DNA from: an uncultured Planctomycetota bacterium
Lineage (GTDB): Bacteria; Planctomycetota; Planctomycetia; Isosphaerales; Isosphaeraceae
NCBI GenBank assembly: GCA_963823665.1
Contig: CAWGMQ010000004.1
Span: 2,848,001 to 2,912,000 of the forward strand
Length of the DNA: 64,000 nucleotides
Direction of reading: 5' to 3'
Below the pieces are notes generated by a model that did not search any database, was not told the DNA's origin, and saw only the letters and a program-made list of their open reading frames with translations. Of this stretch, positions 1 through 10,647 are shown piece after piece (position 1 is the first letter of the stretch; every line of letters begins with the position of its first letter). The translations under genes were made by a program, and so were the position numbers.

Positions 1-1027
1 ACCCGGAGAAACCGAGGCAGCGGATTTGGCAGCGGGTGTAGCGGCGGCGCCCTTGGCGCTCTGGCGATCGAGCTGCGCGGTGCCTCCGGCGCCCGATCCA
101 CCGCCTAGCTGAGTTGCTCCGATGACGACTCCGGTCGCGAGCGTGCCTGCGAGTAGAAGCGATCCGGCGGCGATTCTGACTTGATTCCAGGCCATGGTGT
201 GTAGAACTCCCTCGGCTAATGCGGTGACGGGAATTGAGATGGACGAGCCCCAGGCGAGTGATGCGGTTGCGCTGCTCGCCAGTGCGAGGGCAGCGCGTGC
301 CGTGGACAACTCCAGCGCGGCGGGGACAGCAGCCTGGGCGTGGGGCGCTGCGAGCTGCGCTGCCAGCGCCGCGGTGGAGAGTGCCAGGCCTCGCCGGGTC
401 AAGCGACGCCGGAGCAGCTCGCGTGCGCGGGAGAGCCGCCCCTTGACTGTCCCCAGGGGACAGCCCATCCGGCTGGCGGCCTCATCGTGAGTGAGCCCCT
501 CGAAATAGCAGAGCACGACCGGGGTGCGGTACTTTTCCGGCAAGTGGCTGACTTCTTGATGGAGCCAGGGAGCCGGTTCAGTTTCCAAGTGTGCGGACGG
601 ATCGATATCCGCACGGGCCAATTCCTCGGCGGCGACCAGCTTTTCGATCGATCCCTGGCGCGCCGAAGCGACCCATTCGCCTGGCCGCCTGACCGCGGGC
701 TCGCATTGCCACGCGAATGGCGACGCCGTAGAGCCAGTTGGCCAGAAGGTCGCATTGCCTGAGCGTTGCCGCTTTACGAACCAAGACGAGAAACGTGGCC
801 TGAAAGGCGTCGTCGACATCGTTCGGGTCGCGAAGCAGGCTGCGGCATACGCCCAGAACCATCGGCCCATGACGCGCTACCAAGATTTCAAAGGCCGACT
901 CGTCACGGGCTCGGACGAAGCGGTCGAGCAACTCTCCTTCGGAGAGGCCGATCGAACTGCCTTCAAGGAAGAGCCGCCCGATCTGCTGCATCACTGCGCC
1001 GCTACGGAGACCTCGCAGCCGCAACAT
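1..1027 (-). CDS. Planctomycete ECF RNA polymerase sigma factor with C-terminal extension (runs off window; one frameshift near 672)
   Basis: Sigma2 region [31 protein letters not shown]...[15 protein letters not shown]. After removing one G near 672 the frame continues into sigma4 ([48 protein letters not shown]) and an Ala-rich, TM-like tail. Confidence 0.85.
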
Positions 1028-1225
1028 GCGTTGCTCCTCGGATTGTTTGCCGGGATCTCGACGCGGAATCACGCCGAAAAACGGCTCACCTATCTTATAC
1101 TCCCGATAGAGGGTCTCAGAGATACGCGGACTTGGCAAAAAGTGAAGTCTTCGATAAGAATCGCGCGCGATGGCGAGTGTTTTTCGGACAGATAAAGACC
1201 GAGACGAGCGGGTTGTAATTCCTGA

Positions 1226-1687
1226 TTATCGGATATGCAGGAGTTTGCGAGCCCGATCCAGGAGCGATGACCAGGGCAAGTCGAGATCGAACCGCAATTC
1301 GTCCGGCTCATCGCCGAGTGCCTCCGGCCGACCTGCCTCGTCCACCTGGACAAATTGCATGATGCCATCCATCCATGCTGACGCCTGATCGATTTGAAAG
1401 GATCCGTGGAGGGCGACGATGATCTGGGCGCGGGCGCGATGAATTTCGCGGCCCCTGATCTGGACGACCTGGCCGACGGGGACTGGTTCATAGCAGCGAA
1501 TATCGAGCACTCGTTTGAGGACGAGGTTCGCATTCATGCCGGCGGCTCGAAAGGCGGTGGCGTAGCCTGCTTCGAGGGCGAGCGAGAGCAGAGCGCCGGC
1601 GTAGAGCGTGCCGTGGTGGTTCGCATCACGAGGCAGAACAAGTCTGTGGGTAAGGGTTTCGGCGTCAACCGGGTTCAGATCGGCCAT
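1226..1687 (-). CDS. Acyl-CoA thioesterase (hotdog fold)
   Basis: LVLPRDANHHGTLYAGALL motif and C-terminal FVQVDEAGRP, typical of YciA-like thioesterases. Confidence 0.8.
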   Translation of the reverse strand: MADLNPVDAETLTHRLVLPRDANHHGTLYAGALLSLALEAGYATAFRAAGMNANLVLKRVLDIRCYEPVPVGQVVQIRGREIHRARAQIIVALHGSFQIDQASAWMDGIMQFVQVDEAGRPEALGDEPDELRFDLDLPWSSLLDRARKLLHIR

Positions 1688-1722
1688 GAGAGAGGAGCCT
1701 GCCGATTGGTGGAGTAACAATG

Positions 1723-1752
1723 AAAAAACCCCCGTAAGCGAAGGGGGTTTTT
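1723..1752 (-). terminator. Intrinsic terminator downstream of tRNA-Met (potentially bidirectional)
   Basis: aaaaaa-ccccc-gtaagcgaa-ggggg-ttttt hairpin with a T-run on both strands. Confidence 0.8.
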
Positions 1753-1776
1753 GAACTCACTTTTGCAGGACAACAG

Positions 1777-1849
1777 TTGCGCCGGTAGGAATCGAACCTA
1801 CGACCTCCAGGTTATGAGCCTGGCGAGCTAGCCGCTGCTCCACGGCGCA
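1777..1849 (-). tRNA. tRNA-Met(CAT), initiator-like
   Basis: Cloverleaf: acceptor TGCGCCG/CGGCGCA, D stem GAGC/GCTC, anticodon arm CCAGG-CTCATAA-CCTGG, T arm GTAGG-TTCGATT-CCTAC. CCA is not encoded. Confidence 0.93.
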
Positions 1850-2078
1850 TTTCAATTCTAGCCGCGTGACTCCAGGAGGGAAAGAACTTTTTTGTAAGGT
1901 AGTGAGTGTCACCGGCTTTCCCTGGACCGTAGAGATGTTGTGGCATGATTGATCGCAAGTCATCGCGACGACGTGCGAATCACCGGTGGTAAGGAAAGGT
2001 CAAGGAATCGCCGACAAAGAGAGGAGGGTGGCAAGCCGAGAGGTGTTGCCTGATGAGTTGTTGCGAGGAGCGTGTCCA

Positions 2079-2963
2079 ATGGATGGTTCGGTCCGAGCGT
2101 ATCTCCACCACTTGAAAGCTGAGCGACGGCGTTCAGTGCATACGGTTCGGTCGTACCAGCACGACCTCGACATTTATTGCGGGTATGTTCGTGAAGTTTT
2201 CGGTGAGGCAGCGGACCCGGCGTCTACCGATCCGGTTCGCCTACGGCGATATTCGGCGTGGTTAGCCGGTCAAGGGTATGCCGCGACGACGGTCGCACGG
2301 CGGCTGGCGAGCCTGCGTTCTTACTTTCGCTATCTGCGGCGAAATGGGTTAGTTTTGTCGGATCCTGCGGTGAGTCTTCGAAATCCCAAGCAGCCGCGGC
2401 GACTTCCTCGACTGCTCTGTGTCGACGACGTGATCCGGCTTCTGGACGCGATTCCGGGCGACACTCCTGCGAGCGTGCGAGATCGCGCCATGCTCGAGAC
2501 ACTTTACGGCGGTGGATTACGCGTCAGCGAGCTGGTCGGGTTGAACCTGGACGATCTGGATTTTGATCAGGAGCTGGTGCGAGTGAGGGGCAAGGGGCGA
2601 CGAGAGCGACTCTGTCCGATCGGTGAGATGGCGGCACGATGGCTCAAAGGCTGGATATCCCTGAGGAAGCCCGAGAGGGCCGGCGAGAAGGCGGTTTTTC
2701 TGAATCAACGTGGCAGTCGGCTAAGCTCGCGAAGTGTAGGCAGACTGCTCGAGGCGCACCTACAAAAGGCGGGGCTCTCGAGTGCCGCGAGCCCTCACAC
2801 CTTGCGACACAGTTTTGCGACGCACCTGCTTGACCGCGGAGCCGATCTCCGGAGCGTGCAGGAGCTGCTAGGCCATCGCCATCTGACCACGACGCAGATC
2901 TATTTGCACGTCACGCCGGAACGATTGCTGGATATTTATCAGAAGGCTCACCCTCGCGCCTGA
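2079..2963 (+). CDS. xerC: Tyrosine recombinase XerC
   Basis: RDRAMLETLYGGGLRVSELV, VRGKG, SPHTLRHSFATHLLDRGADLRSVQELLGH, TTQIY. Catalytic residues are intact and the N-terminal SAM-like domain is present. Confidence 0.85.
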   Translation: MDGSVRAYLHHLKAERRRSVHTVRSYQHDLDIYCGYVREVFGEAADPASTDPVRLRRYSAWLAGQGYAATTVARRLASLRSYFRYLRRNGLVLSDPAVSLRNPKQPRRLPRLLCVDDVIRLLDAIPGDTPASVRDRAMLETLYGGGLRVSELVGLNLDDLDFDQELVRVRGKGRRERLCPIGEMAARWLKGWISLRKPERAGEKAVFLNQRGSRLSSRSVGRLLEAHLQKAGLSSAASPHTLRHSFATHLLDRGADLRSVQELLGHRHLTTTQIYLHVTPERLLDIYQKAHPRA

Positions 2964-3492
2964 GGAATAACGATGGGAAAGGAGAGAACGGAGATCAAAC
3001 GAACGAGTTTCGATGAAGGCCCGATGTAGAAACCTCCCCGCTTCGATCTGCCCCGCGTGCCTGCGCGGTCGCGCGATACCGCGGACCCTGCTGCTCCTGC
3101 TTTCCGTTGATTCGCTTACCATCGTAATATCTTCGAAAACCTGATCGCGAGTCGGCGCCTCTTCTCCTCAACAGGAAAGTGGGCTGGCGAGGAGTCTTTG
3201 CGGCCTCCAATTGTTGATGGGATCGTGAATGCTTGTTTGACGATGATGCTTGCGTGACATAGAAGTTTCATAAGAACGACGAGGTGCCTTGCCTGGCGAA
3301 ATACGACCTCCTGCCGCATCAGCAGATTTCTGTGGGTTGAACCCACGGGAGCCGAAGTCAAATTCTGGGCCCCTCGCCGGTTTTTCCGCGAGAAGCCATG
3401 TAGACGTGTGATTTGCCGATCGCGTGGTTATTCTCAAGGAGGAGGGATGAGTTCGTGACACTGGCACGAACGCATGTTGAGAGATTAACCTC

Positions 3493-5082
3493 ATGCACAA
3501 GCTTCGGATCTTGATTCTGTACCCGGACAGCGCCGGCCTTGCGCTTTTGACCTCGATGCTCAAGTCGCTGGGCCACATCATCGAAGAGGCGACAACCGAT
3601 CGTGCCGCGGTGCGGTCAATGGAGCGCAACGAGATCGATCTGGTGCTCGCGGGTGTCGATCCGCTGGACGCCGACGCACTCGAGTTGCTGATGTACGTGC
3701 GGCGGAAGCACCGCGAAGTGCCCGTGATTCTATTGTTCCCGCGGCTTCATCCGGAACGTGCGAAAGAGGCGCTGCGGTTGGGGGCAATGGCGGTGCTGAA
3801 GTACCCGGTACCGGCTGCCGAGCTCCGTGCGGCGGTGTTGCAGGCGCTCGAGCGATCGGAGACTCGCCATGTCGAGGCGACGGGACCAGCATCCGCATCC
3901 GCAACAGCTCCCGCGGCCACCCTGCCCAAATTGGCGGCCGTCCCGGCGGCGGCGAACGAATCGTCGCCGGTTGCGGCTCGCCCTGCCGTGGCGAGCCCGC
4001 TGAATTCGCGACCGTCAGTGTCTGTGCCCGTACCGGTGCCGGCTTCAGCGGCATCGGCCGCGATTGTTCCGTCGCACCGAGTTGAGCAACATGTCCGGGA
4101 GATCGGCCTGGTCGGCAACGATCCGAGCTGGCGCCAGGTGATCGATCTCGCCGTCACGATCGCGGGCACACGAAGCTCCGTGCTGATCAAGGGTGAGCCC
4201 GGAACCGGCAAATCCCTCGTAGCGCAGTTGATTCACTCGCTCGGCCTGACGCCGGAGCGACCGTTCGTCACGGTCGAAGGGTCGGCGATGGCCGACGAGC
4301 ATTCGATGCAACAGCCGGACGATCTCTCAGCTTCCGCTGGAACGAACCACTCGCTCGATTGGTCGAGCAAGACGGCTGCTGCATCCGGCGGCACTCTCTA
4401 CCTGCATGAAGTCGCGGCGTTGCCGCTGGAGCTGCAGCTTCACCTGCTTCGCGAACTGCAATTTCGAGATTATGAGGCGAGCTCGGGCCACGCTCCCCAG
4501 CACTCCGAGGCACGGCTCATCATGTCGACCAGCGAAAACCTGACGAGCATGATTGACCAGGGGCGTTTCCGGCAGGAGTTGTATCACCGCATCAGCGTGA
4601 TCAGCCTCATGCTGCCTCCGCTACGGCACCGAGGGACCGACGTGGAGCTGCTGGCGGAGTGGTTTCGGGGCCATTATGCCCGGGAGTTTCACAAGTCGGT
4701 GGCCGGCTTTACCCGCGATGCGCTCGAGGTGCTGCAGAAGCACGACTGGCCCGGCAACGTGCGCGAGCTTGCGGCGGCGATCCAGCGTGCCGTCGCGCTG
4801 TGCAACGGTCCGCGAATCACGTCAAATCACCTGGCTCCGATCCTGAACCACAACCGTCAGGCCCGTGCCGGTGGCGCGACGCCCCGTCCGCACTTGAAGA
4901 TGGGCGTCCGGCCGCTCAAGGAAGCGCTCGAGGAACCCGAAAAGCGCATCATCATCGAGGCGCTTCACGCCTTCAACTGGAATCGGCAGGAGACCGCGCG
5001 AGTGCTCGACATTAACCGCACTACTCTGTACAAGAAGATGAAGAAGTATAACCTGATCGATGAGACGGTGTGGGTGAATTGA
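3493..5082 (+). CDS. NtrC-like REC-AAA+-Fis HTH regulator with degenerate motifs
   Basis: Walker A GEPGTGKS, FRQELYHRI, WPGNVREL and C-terminal HTH NRQETARVLDINRTTLYKKMKKY. N-terminal receiver-like fold. Confidence 0.88.
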   Translation: MHKLRILILYPDSAGLALLTSMLKSLGHIIEEATTDRAAVRSMERNEIDLVLAGVDPLDADALELLMYVRRKHREVPVILLFPRLHPERAKEALRLGAMAVLKYPVPAAELRAAVLQALERSETRHVEATGPASASATAPAATLPKLAAVPAAANESSPVAARPAVASPLNSRPSVSVPVPVPASAASAAIVPSHRVEQHVREIGLVGNDPSWRQVIDLAVTIAGTRSSVLIKGEPGTGKSLVAQLIHSLGLTPERPFVTVEGSAMADEHSMQQPDDLSASAGTNHSLDWSSKTAAASGGTLYLHEVAALPLELQLHLLRELQFRDYEASSGHAPQHSEARLIMSTSENLTSMIDQGRFRQELYHRISVISLMLPPLRHRGTDVELLAEWFRGHYAREFHKSVAGFTRDALEVLQKHDWPGNVRELAAAIQRAVALCNGPRITSNHLAPILNHNRQARAGGATPRPHLKMGVRPLKEALEEPEKRIIIEALHAFNWNRQETARVLDINRTTLYKKMKKYNLIDETVWVN

Positions 5083-5112
5083 GCTGGTTTGGTGTGGGGG
5101 CGTGAGGACGCA

Positions 5113-5216
5113 CTTTTGCGGAGCGAAAGGCGACGATGACGATGGCCCTTCGCGGAGTGAAGGGCGACAGAGAATGGTTGGGCGGAAGACGCATTTTCGC
5201 GGCGCGAAAGGCTAAC
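5113..5216. repeat. Three tandem REP-like palindromes (CCTTCGCGGAGCGAAGGGCGAC family)
   Basis: Copies at about 5113, 5146 and 5194. The same family recurs at 32302, 32675 and 34625. Confidence 0.8.
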
Positions 5217-5234
5217 AATGACGGCTTCCTTCGT

Positions 5235-6030
5235 TTACTGCGCGGCCTGGGCCGGTAGCTGGACGACGCGAGTTTCGGCCTTACCGGTTCGGATATTCAC
5301 AAATTCGACGCTGGTTTGATCGATGTGGGCCAGCACATCCTCGGGCTTCGTGATGGGCTGGCTGTCCAGCCTGATGATCATGTCGCCCAGCTCGAGGCCT
5401 ATGGCGGCCGCGGGAACGTTGCCTGTCGCTGTGCGGCTGAGCCGCGCACCGATCGTGCCTCCTGCGAGCGGGATGGGTTGATAGTGAATACCCAGGTTCG
5501 GAGCAAAGATCTCCCTCGGGACCTCTGGCGGCAATGGTGTAAAGGGTGGCAGCTCCATCACTGCCGATTGCGGCTTGCCGGTGCGCACATTGATGAAAAC
5601 GACGTCAGTCCGTGCGTGGTGGTTCATGACGTCGACAGCCATTCTTATCGGCAGCGAGTCGAGGAGGCAGATGGTGTCCCCTGGCTCGAGGCGGAGCTGG
5701 GCCGCACCCGAGCCGGCGATGGGATCACGAGACAGCCGCGCGCCGGCAGCGTCGCCGACACTCACCAACTGGAAGTAGATGCCGATGTTGGCGCGAAGTA
5801 TTCTCGCTGGGCGAGCTGCCGGCGCGGCTCGCCGAGGGAGAACGCTCGCGGAACCTGGTCGAGCTGGTTCTGGAGGATCGAGCGCAAGCGGGCGTTGACG
5901 GATTCCGGGACGAGTTTGAGAACGCCTTGCTTGAAGCTGCGGTATCCGGCCTGTGTTTCCAGCCGGACGTGCTCGAAGAGCTCGGTCCAGGCGAGGAACC
6001 CGTCTTTGTTGCTGTCGCAGGTCTCGATTT
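5235..6030 (-). pseudogene. 5'-truncated protein with EF-hand-like loop and two PDZ-like repeats (frameshift near 5790)
   Basis: Two repeats (APNIGIYFQ...LRLEPGDTI...LD and APNLGIHYQ...IGLELGDMII.LD). The upstream frame reads IETCDSNKDGFLAWTELFEHVR and begins at the ilvB stop with no start codon of its own. Confidence 0.6.
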
Positions 6031-7829
6031 CAGCTCTTGATGATATCGCGCACGGTCATGCCGGCCGGGATCATCGGCAGGACATGTTCCTGGTAGGGAA
6101 CCAAGACGTCGAGCACGAACGGGCCGTTGTGCGCGATCATTTCGGCCAGCGCATCGTTCACTTCGTCCTTGCGGCGAATCCGGCGGGCGCTGACGCCGAA
6201 GCCGTGGGCGATCTCGACGAAATCGGGATAGATGGCCTCGGGGAATTCGGTCTCGCCGCGGCCCCTGGCCTCGGGCTGATCGATGGGGCCCAGGTAGGTG
6301 TGTGCCCGATTGCTGTCGTAGAATCGGTCTTCCCACTGCACGACCATGCCGAGATGCTGGTTGTTGAGAACGATGACCTTGACGGGGAGCTTTTCGCAGT
6401 AAACCGTTGCGAGTTCCTGGATGTTCATGAGAAAGCTGCCGTCGCCGTCGATGTCGACGACGAGCGCGCCTGGGACAGCAGCCTGAGCGCCCATCGCCGC
6501 CGGCAGGCCGTAACCCATCGAGCCCAGGCCACCGGAGGTGATCCAGGTGCGCGGATGTTTGAAGCGAGTCCACTGAGCGGCCCACATCTGATGCTGGCCG
6601 ACGCCGGTTGTCATGATGAATTCGCCGCCGGCAATGGCCGAGAGCCGCTCGAGAACAAACTGGGGCAGGATCAAGTCGTCGCGATCTTCATAAGTCATCG
6701 GGTCGCTGGCGCGCCACTCGTCGATCTGGTGGTGCCAATCGGAGCAGTCAAGCGGCGTCAACCTGGGATTGATCGCCCGCAAGAACGATTTCACGTCGCT
6801 GTGAATCGGTATATGGGCGAACTTGTTCTTGTTGATCTCGGAGGCGTCGATGTCGACGTGAACGATCTTGCCGTGCTTGGCAAACTCGGAGAGCTTGCCA
6901 GTGACGCGGTCGTCGAATCGCACGCCGAGAGCCAGCAGCAAGTCGGCCTCGTTGACGGCGTAGTTGGCATAAACCGTGCCGTGCATTCCTAGCATGTTGA
7001 GGGAGAGGTAGTGGTCGCTGGGGATGGATCCCAGACCATGGACGGTCATGGCCACGGGGATTCCGGTTCTGGTCGCAAACTCGCGCAGCTCCTCGGCCGC
7101 ATCGGAGGCGATGACGCCTCCGCCGCAGTAGATGATCGGTTTACGGCTCGAAGCCAGCGCCGCGAGCACCTCGTCGATCTTGGCGGGCGAAGGGGGCGGC
7201 GGAAGGCGGTAGCCGGGCAGATCCATGGGCACGTCGTAGACCGGGTTGGCGACGACGGTGTTCTGAACGTCCTTGGGAACGTCGATCAGGACGGGCCCCG
7301 GCCGGCCGGTGCGGGCCAGGTGAAAGGCTTCGCGTACCACGCGTGCGATGTCCCTGGCGTCCTGAACCAGGTAATGGTGCTTGGTGATGGCGCGCGAAAC
7401 CTCCACCATGGGTGTTTCCTGAAAGGCGTCGGTGCCGATGACGTGCCGGGGAACCTGGCCAGTGACGGCGACCAAGGGGACGGAGTCCATCTTGGCGTCG
7501 GCGAGACCGGTCACCAGGTTGAGCGCTCCGGGTCCGGACGTGGCCATCACCACGCCGGGTTTGCCGCTGGCCCGCGCGTAACCCTCAGCCGCGAAGATCC
7601 CTCCTTGTTCGTGGCGGGGCAAGATGGTGCGGATGCGGTCGCTGTAACGGGTGAGAGCCTGGTGCATCGGCATACTCGCGCCGCCGGGATAGGCGAAGAC
7701 GACGTCGACATCGTGGCGCACGAGCGATTCGACGAGGACATCCGCTCCCGTAAATGGCCTGGCTGCGGTCTTGGTTACGGTCCGGCGATCGTCGATAGCG
7801 GCCACGGTGGATCCTCGCTCCCAGTTCAA
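6030..7829 (-). CDS. ilvB: Acetolactate synthase large subunit, biosynthetic type
   Basis: [65 protein letters not shown]. The exact start is uncertain. Confidence 0.95.
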   Translation of the reverse strand: MNWERGSTVAAIDDRRTVTKTAARPFTGADVLVESLVRHDVDVVFAYPGGASMPMHQALTRYSDRIRTILPRHEQGGIFAAEGYARASGKPGVVMATSGPGALNLVTGLADAKMDSVPLVAVTGQVPRHVIGTDAFQETPMVEVSRAITKHHYLVQDARDIARVVREAFHLARTGRPGPVLIDVPKDVQNTVVANPVYDVPMDLPGYRLPPPPSPAKIDEVLAALASSRKPIIYCGGGVIASDAAEELREFATRTGIPVAMTVHGLGSIPSDHYLSLNMLGMHGTVYANYAVNEADLLLALGVRFDDRVTGKLSEFAKHGKIVHVDIDASEINKNKFAHIPIHSDVKSFLRAINPRLTPLDCSDWHHQIDEWRASDPMTYEDRDDLILPQFVLERLSAIAGGEFIMTTGVGQHQMWAAQWTRFKHPRTWITSGGLGSMGYGLPAAMGAQAAVPGALVVDIDGDGSFLMNIQELATVYCEKLPVKVIVLNNQHLGMVVQWEDRFYDSNRAHTYLGPIDQPEARGRGETEFPEAIYPDFVEIAHGFGVSARRIRRKDEVNDALAEMIAHNGPFVLDVLVPYQEHVLPMIPAGMTVRDIIKS

Positions 7830-7934
7830 ACAACCGACAAAATACTCGCGCTAGCGCTCGGGCGGTCAGTCACTGCGCACGCTAAGATTCTACAATGCCA
7901 GTCTACTCCTGAACAATCCACGGAGACCGAAGGC

Positions 7935-8762
7935 ATGTTGTCGCGCGGGAACGCCGTTGTCACAGGCGCTTCTTCTGGAATTGGCCGGGAGCTCGTCCGT
8001 CAGCTCGTCTTGGGCCGCGGAATGACTGTGCTTGCGACAGCCAGACGCCGCGACCGGCTGGAAACGCTCGCTCGAGAGCTAACCCCCGGGCGCGTGCAGA
8101 TTTGCAGCGGCGACCTGGCTGATGCTGCGTTCCGGCAAACGCTGTGGGAACAGGCTGAATCGATGCCCGGGGGTATCGACCTGGTTATCAACAACGCGGG
8201 GCTGGGCAACTACTCCGACCTCGATGCCCAGGATCCCGAGGCGATCCGTCAGGTCATCGAGATCAACGTGATCGCGCTCGTCGACCTCACTCAGAAGGCG
8301 ATCCGGCACATGAAAAGCCGTGGCGCGGGGCAGATTCTGCAGATCTCCTCGGTTCTGGGCTTCATCGGCCTGCGTGACTCGGCCATTTACGTTGCGAGCA
8401 AACACGCGGTCAACGGTCTCGTCAAGAGCCTGCATTATGAGCTCCGGGGCACGGGCGTGCGGATCTGGGCCGCGTGCCCGGGCCGGACCGAGAGTGAGTT
8501 CCGCGGCGTCGCCCTGGGAGATAAGGCCGGTCGAGCGATCGAGAAATCTCACGGTGAGCCGACCGAGAAGATCGCGCGAGGGATCATCCGAGGGGTCGAC
8601 CGGCGGTCGACATTCGTGCTGCCGAGCTGGCGAGCCTGGACGATCGTGACGCTTGCGCACTGGCTGCCGGGACTCTTCGATTTTGTGATGGCCCGTTGGG
8701 GACCCAGCTCATACAAGGATGCACAGACCGAGGCGGCTCGAAAAGCCGCGAGCGCCCGATAA
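7935..8762 (+). CDS. SDR family oxidoreductase
   Basis: TGASSGIG, NNAG and YVASK motifs. Confidence 0.9.
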   Translation: MLSRGNAVVTGASSGIGRELVRQLVLGRGMTVLATARRRDRLETLARELTPGRVQICSGDLADAAFRQTLWEQAESMPGGIDLVINNAGLGNYSDLDAQDPEAIRQVIEINVIALVDLTQKAIRHMKSRGAGQILQISSVLGFIGLRDSAIYVASKHAVNGLVKSLHYELRGTGVRIWAACPGRTESEFRGVALGDKAGRAIEKSHGEPTEKIARGIIRGVDRRSTFVLPSWRAWTIVTLAHWLPGLFDFVMARWGPSSYKDAQTEAARKAASAR

Positions 8763-8838
8763 TAGCGTATCTGGAGGGACGGGGCGTGCACCCGGGCGGG
8801 CGGCCCCGGAAGGTTCCGAATCTGAAGGGACGCGGGAT

Positions 8839-9156
8839 TCACTGCGTGTCCGGAGTGATGGGCTCCTTGAGAGACCGGAGGAAGTGAGTGCCTTTCCCTC
8901 TGGCTTTCAAGTCGGCCATGCAAGCTTCTGCGTCGGCCTTGCAGTTGTAATCGAAGGTTTTCACGGTTCTTCCGCCGACATCACAGACCGCCCAAACTAT
9001 GCGCATCCGCGGTCCTGTTGCGGGTTTGGGGCGCAGGGCAGGCTGCGAGGGAGCCCTCGGTGCTCTTCGCGAAGGGGGTTCATTCGATAGGCCCCTCGCC
9101 TCGGCAGCTTCCGCCTCCGCTCGCAGCTCGTGACGATTCAATGTGCGTCGTGCCAT
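8839..9156 (-). CDS. Small basic hypothetical protein (MARRTLNRHELR...)
   Basis: Own ATG at 9156 with a GAGG upstream. In this sequence it is in frame with the upstream GNAT. Confidence 0.65.
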   Translation of the reverse strand: MARRTLNRHELRAEAEAAEARGLSNEPPSRRAPRAPSQPALRPKPATGPRMRIVWAVCDVGGRTVKTFDYNCKADAEACMADLKARGKGTHFLRSLKEPITPDTQ

Positions 9157-9183
9157 GAAACTTCGACCTCTCAAGAACAAGTT

Positions 9184-9246
9184 TGTCAGGCTGAAGCCTG
9201 ACCTACACCGGAATAACAGGATTGTAAGGCTAAAGCCTGACCTACA
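9184..9246 (-). repeat. Two GTAG-type REP palindromes (GTAGGTCAGGCTTYAGCCTGAC)
   Basis: Copies at 9184-9207 and 9223-9246, with a third at 30044-30066. Confidence 0.85.
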
Positions 9247-9259
9247 TTTTTCCTTGGAT

Positions 9260-10242
9260 CTCAGATCCGAGATCGGACTCGCGCGCAAGCGAAAACACGT
9301 GGCCTCTTCAACCTGGAGGAAACCTAGCGAGGCGTAGAGCGCCAGCGCCGGAGCATTCGTCGCGTCGGTCTGGACGGCGACTGAGTCGACGTGGTTCTCT
9401 CTGGCGCGGCGAAGGACCTCGGAGACCAGGAAACGACCGTAGCCCTTGCGGCGGTGAGCGGCTGGCACATCCAGGCTGATCAAGCCGATTCGTGAGCGGC
9501 TGTCGCCCCGGCCGAACCAGCTCATATCCCAGGCCTGGGCCATGCCGAGCGGTGTACCATCGCTACGCGAGACCAGCCGCACGTTCATGAGCTGGAAATC
9601 TCCGAGCGCGAGGCCCTGCCACCAGTGGTCAGGAAGAGCGTCGTCCTGAAATTCGAGCTGGGTCTGGCGACGAATCAGCACTCCGCGGGGATCACGCGGC
9701 TCAGGCACACTCAGATCGGCTTCGAGAAGAACCGTGGTGCCCGCCGGCTGATAACCGATTTGCCGGAGTGCGCCGTGGAATGGCTGGTGTCGGGAGAGTA
9801 CTCCGGACCCCTCAGTGCCGCCGTAAATGCCCCAGTAGAACGGATTCAAAGGAAACTGTCCGCCCGCATAGACGACCTTTGCACCGCATTTCCTCAAATA
9901 ACGTTCGGCCTCCTTGATCAGGCCGGCGACGAGCTCCGGGTCGTTCTGCTCGGGCTCGACCAAGAGCATGGCAACTGTGCCCATCTCGTGATTGAGCTCG
10001 AGCGGTCTGGCGGGGTCGATCGGTGCGTCGGGACCGAATCCGGCGTGAGCGAAACCGACGATCCGTCCGTCCGCTTCGGCGACGATCAGCCCTGCTGGAT
10101 CGAAGTTGACCCTGCCGAAGGCGTGCGAATCGAGCTCGTGCGGCCGTAGGGGCCGAGCCGTCGCTGTCTCGGTGATCGCCCTGTTCCAGAGCTTGGCGAG
10201 GGCAGGGGGATCGGTGTTGCGGAATCGGCGAAATCGTATCAC
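9260..10242 (-). CDS. Tandem GNAT acetyltransferase (3' boundary uncertain)
   Basis: C-terminal VPAAHRRKGYGRFL...NAPALALYASLGF acetyl-CoA motif, plus an N-terminal GNAT-like domain. Confidence 0.8.
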
Positions 10243-10338
10243 GGTGTCTCACACTGGAAAACGACGGTTTGACCGATAGGCCCCAGAAGCCGGGTGGCTA
10301 CCGCCCGTCAAGTTCAGTCCGGTTTTACGAAATTCCGT

Positions 10339-10647
10339 TCAGGGAACGGAAACGAGCACGTCCTGGCCCTCGATCTTTACTTCATAGACGGGTTGTTTGA
10401 TTTTGGGACCGAGCGGAGTCTTACCGGTGCAGACATCGAACTGCCACCCGTGCCAGGGGCATGTGACCGTTGTGCCCTCGAGCAGCCCTTCGGCGAGCGG
10501 CCCACCCTGGTGCGGGCAAATGCCATCGATCGCCGAAACGACCCCTTTGATATTATAAAGCGCGTAGACGCGCCCTTCGAACTCGACTTCCGCGGCCGAT
10601 CCTTCCGGCAGCTCGGACAGGGTCGCCAGCTTGACGAATCGCGGCAT
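10339..10647 (-). CDS. Rieske [2Fe-2S] ferredoxin
   Basis: CPHQGG...CPWHGWQFD motifs. Confidence 0.92.
   Translation of the reverse strand: MPRFVKLATLSELPEGSAAEVEFEGRVYALYNIKGVVSAIDGICPHQGGPLAEGLLEGTTVTCPWHGWQFDVCTGKTPLGPKIKQPVYEVKIEGQDVLVSVP

Noticed and set aside
2079..2963. Tyrosine recombinase beside a tRNA as an island or integron integrase
   Set aside because: Length and motifs fit housekeeping XerC. There is no IntI-specific insertion, no att duplication, and the neighbours are core genes.
3461..3478. Sigma54 -24/-12 promoter (TGGCACG...) upstream of the EBP gene
   Set aside because: No GC at the required 10-nt spacing from GG.
5316..7934. Long plus-strand ORFs (558 aa, and the N-terminal part of the 583 aa ORF) opposite ilvB
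   Set aside because: Antisense shadows caused by GC-rich codon bias. The same applies to 13549-14550, 45275-47347, 50638-52113 and 61679-63178.
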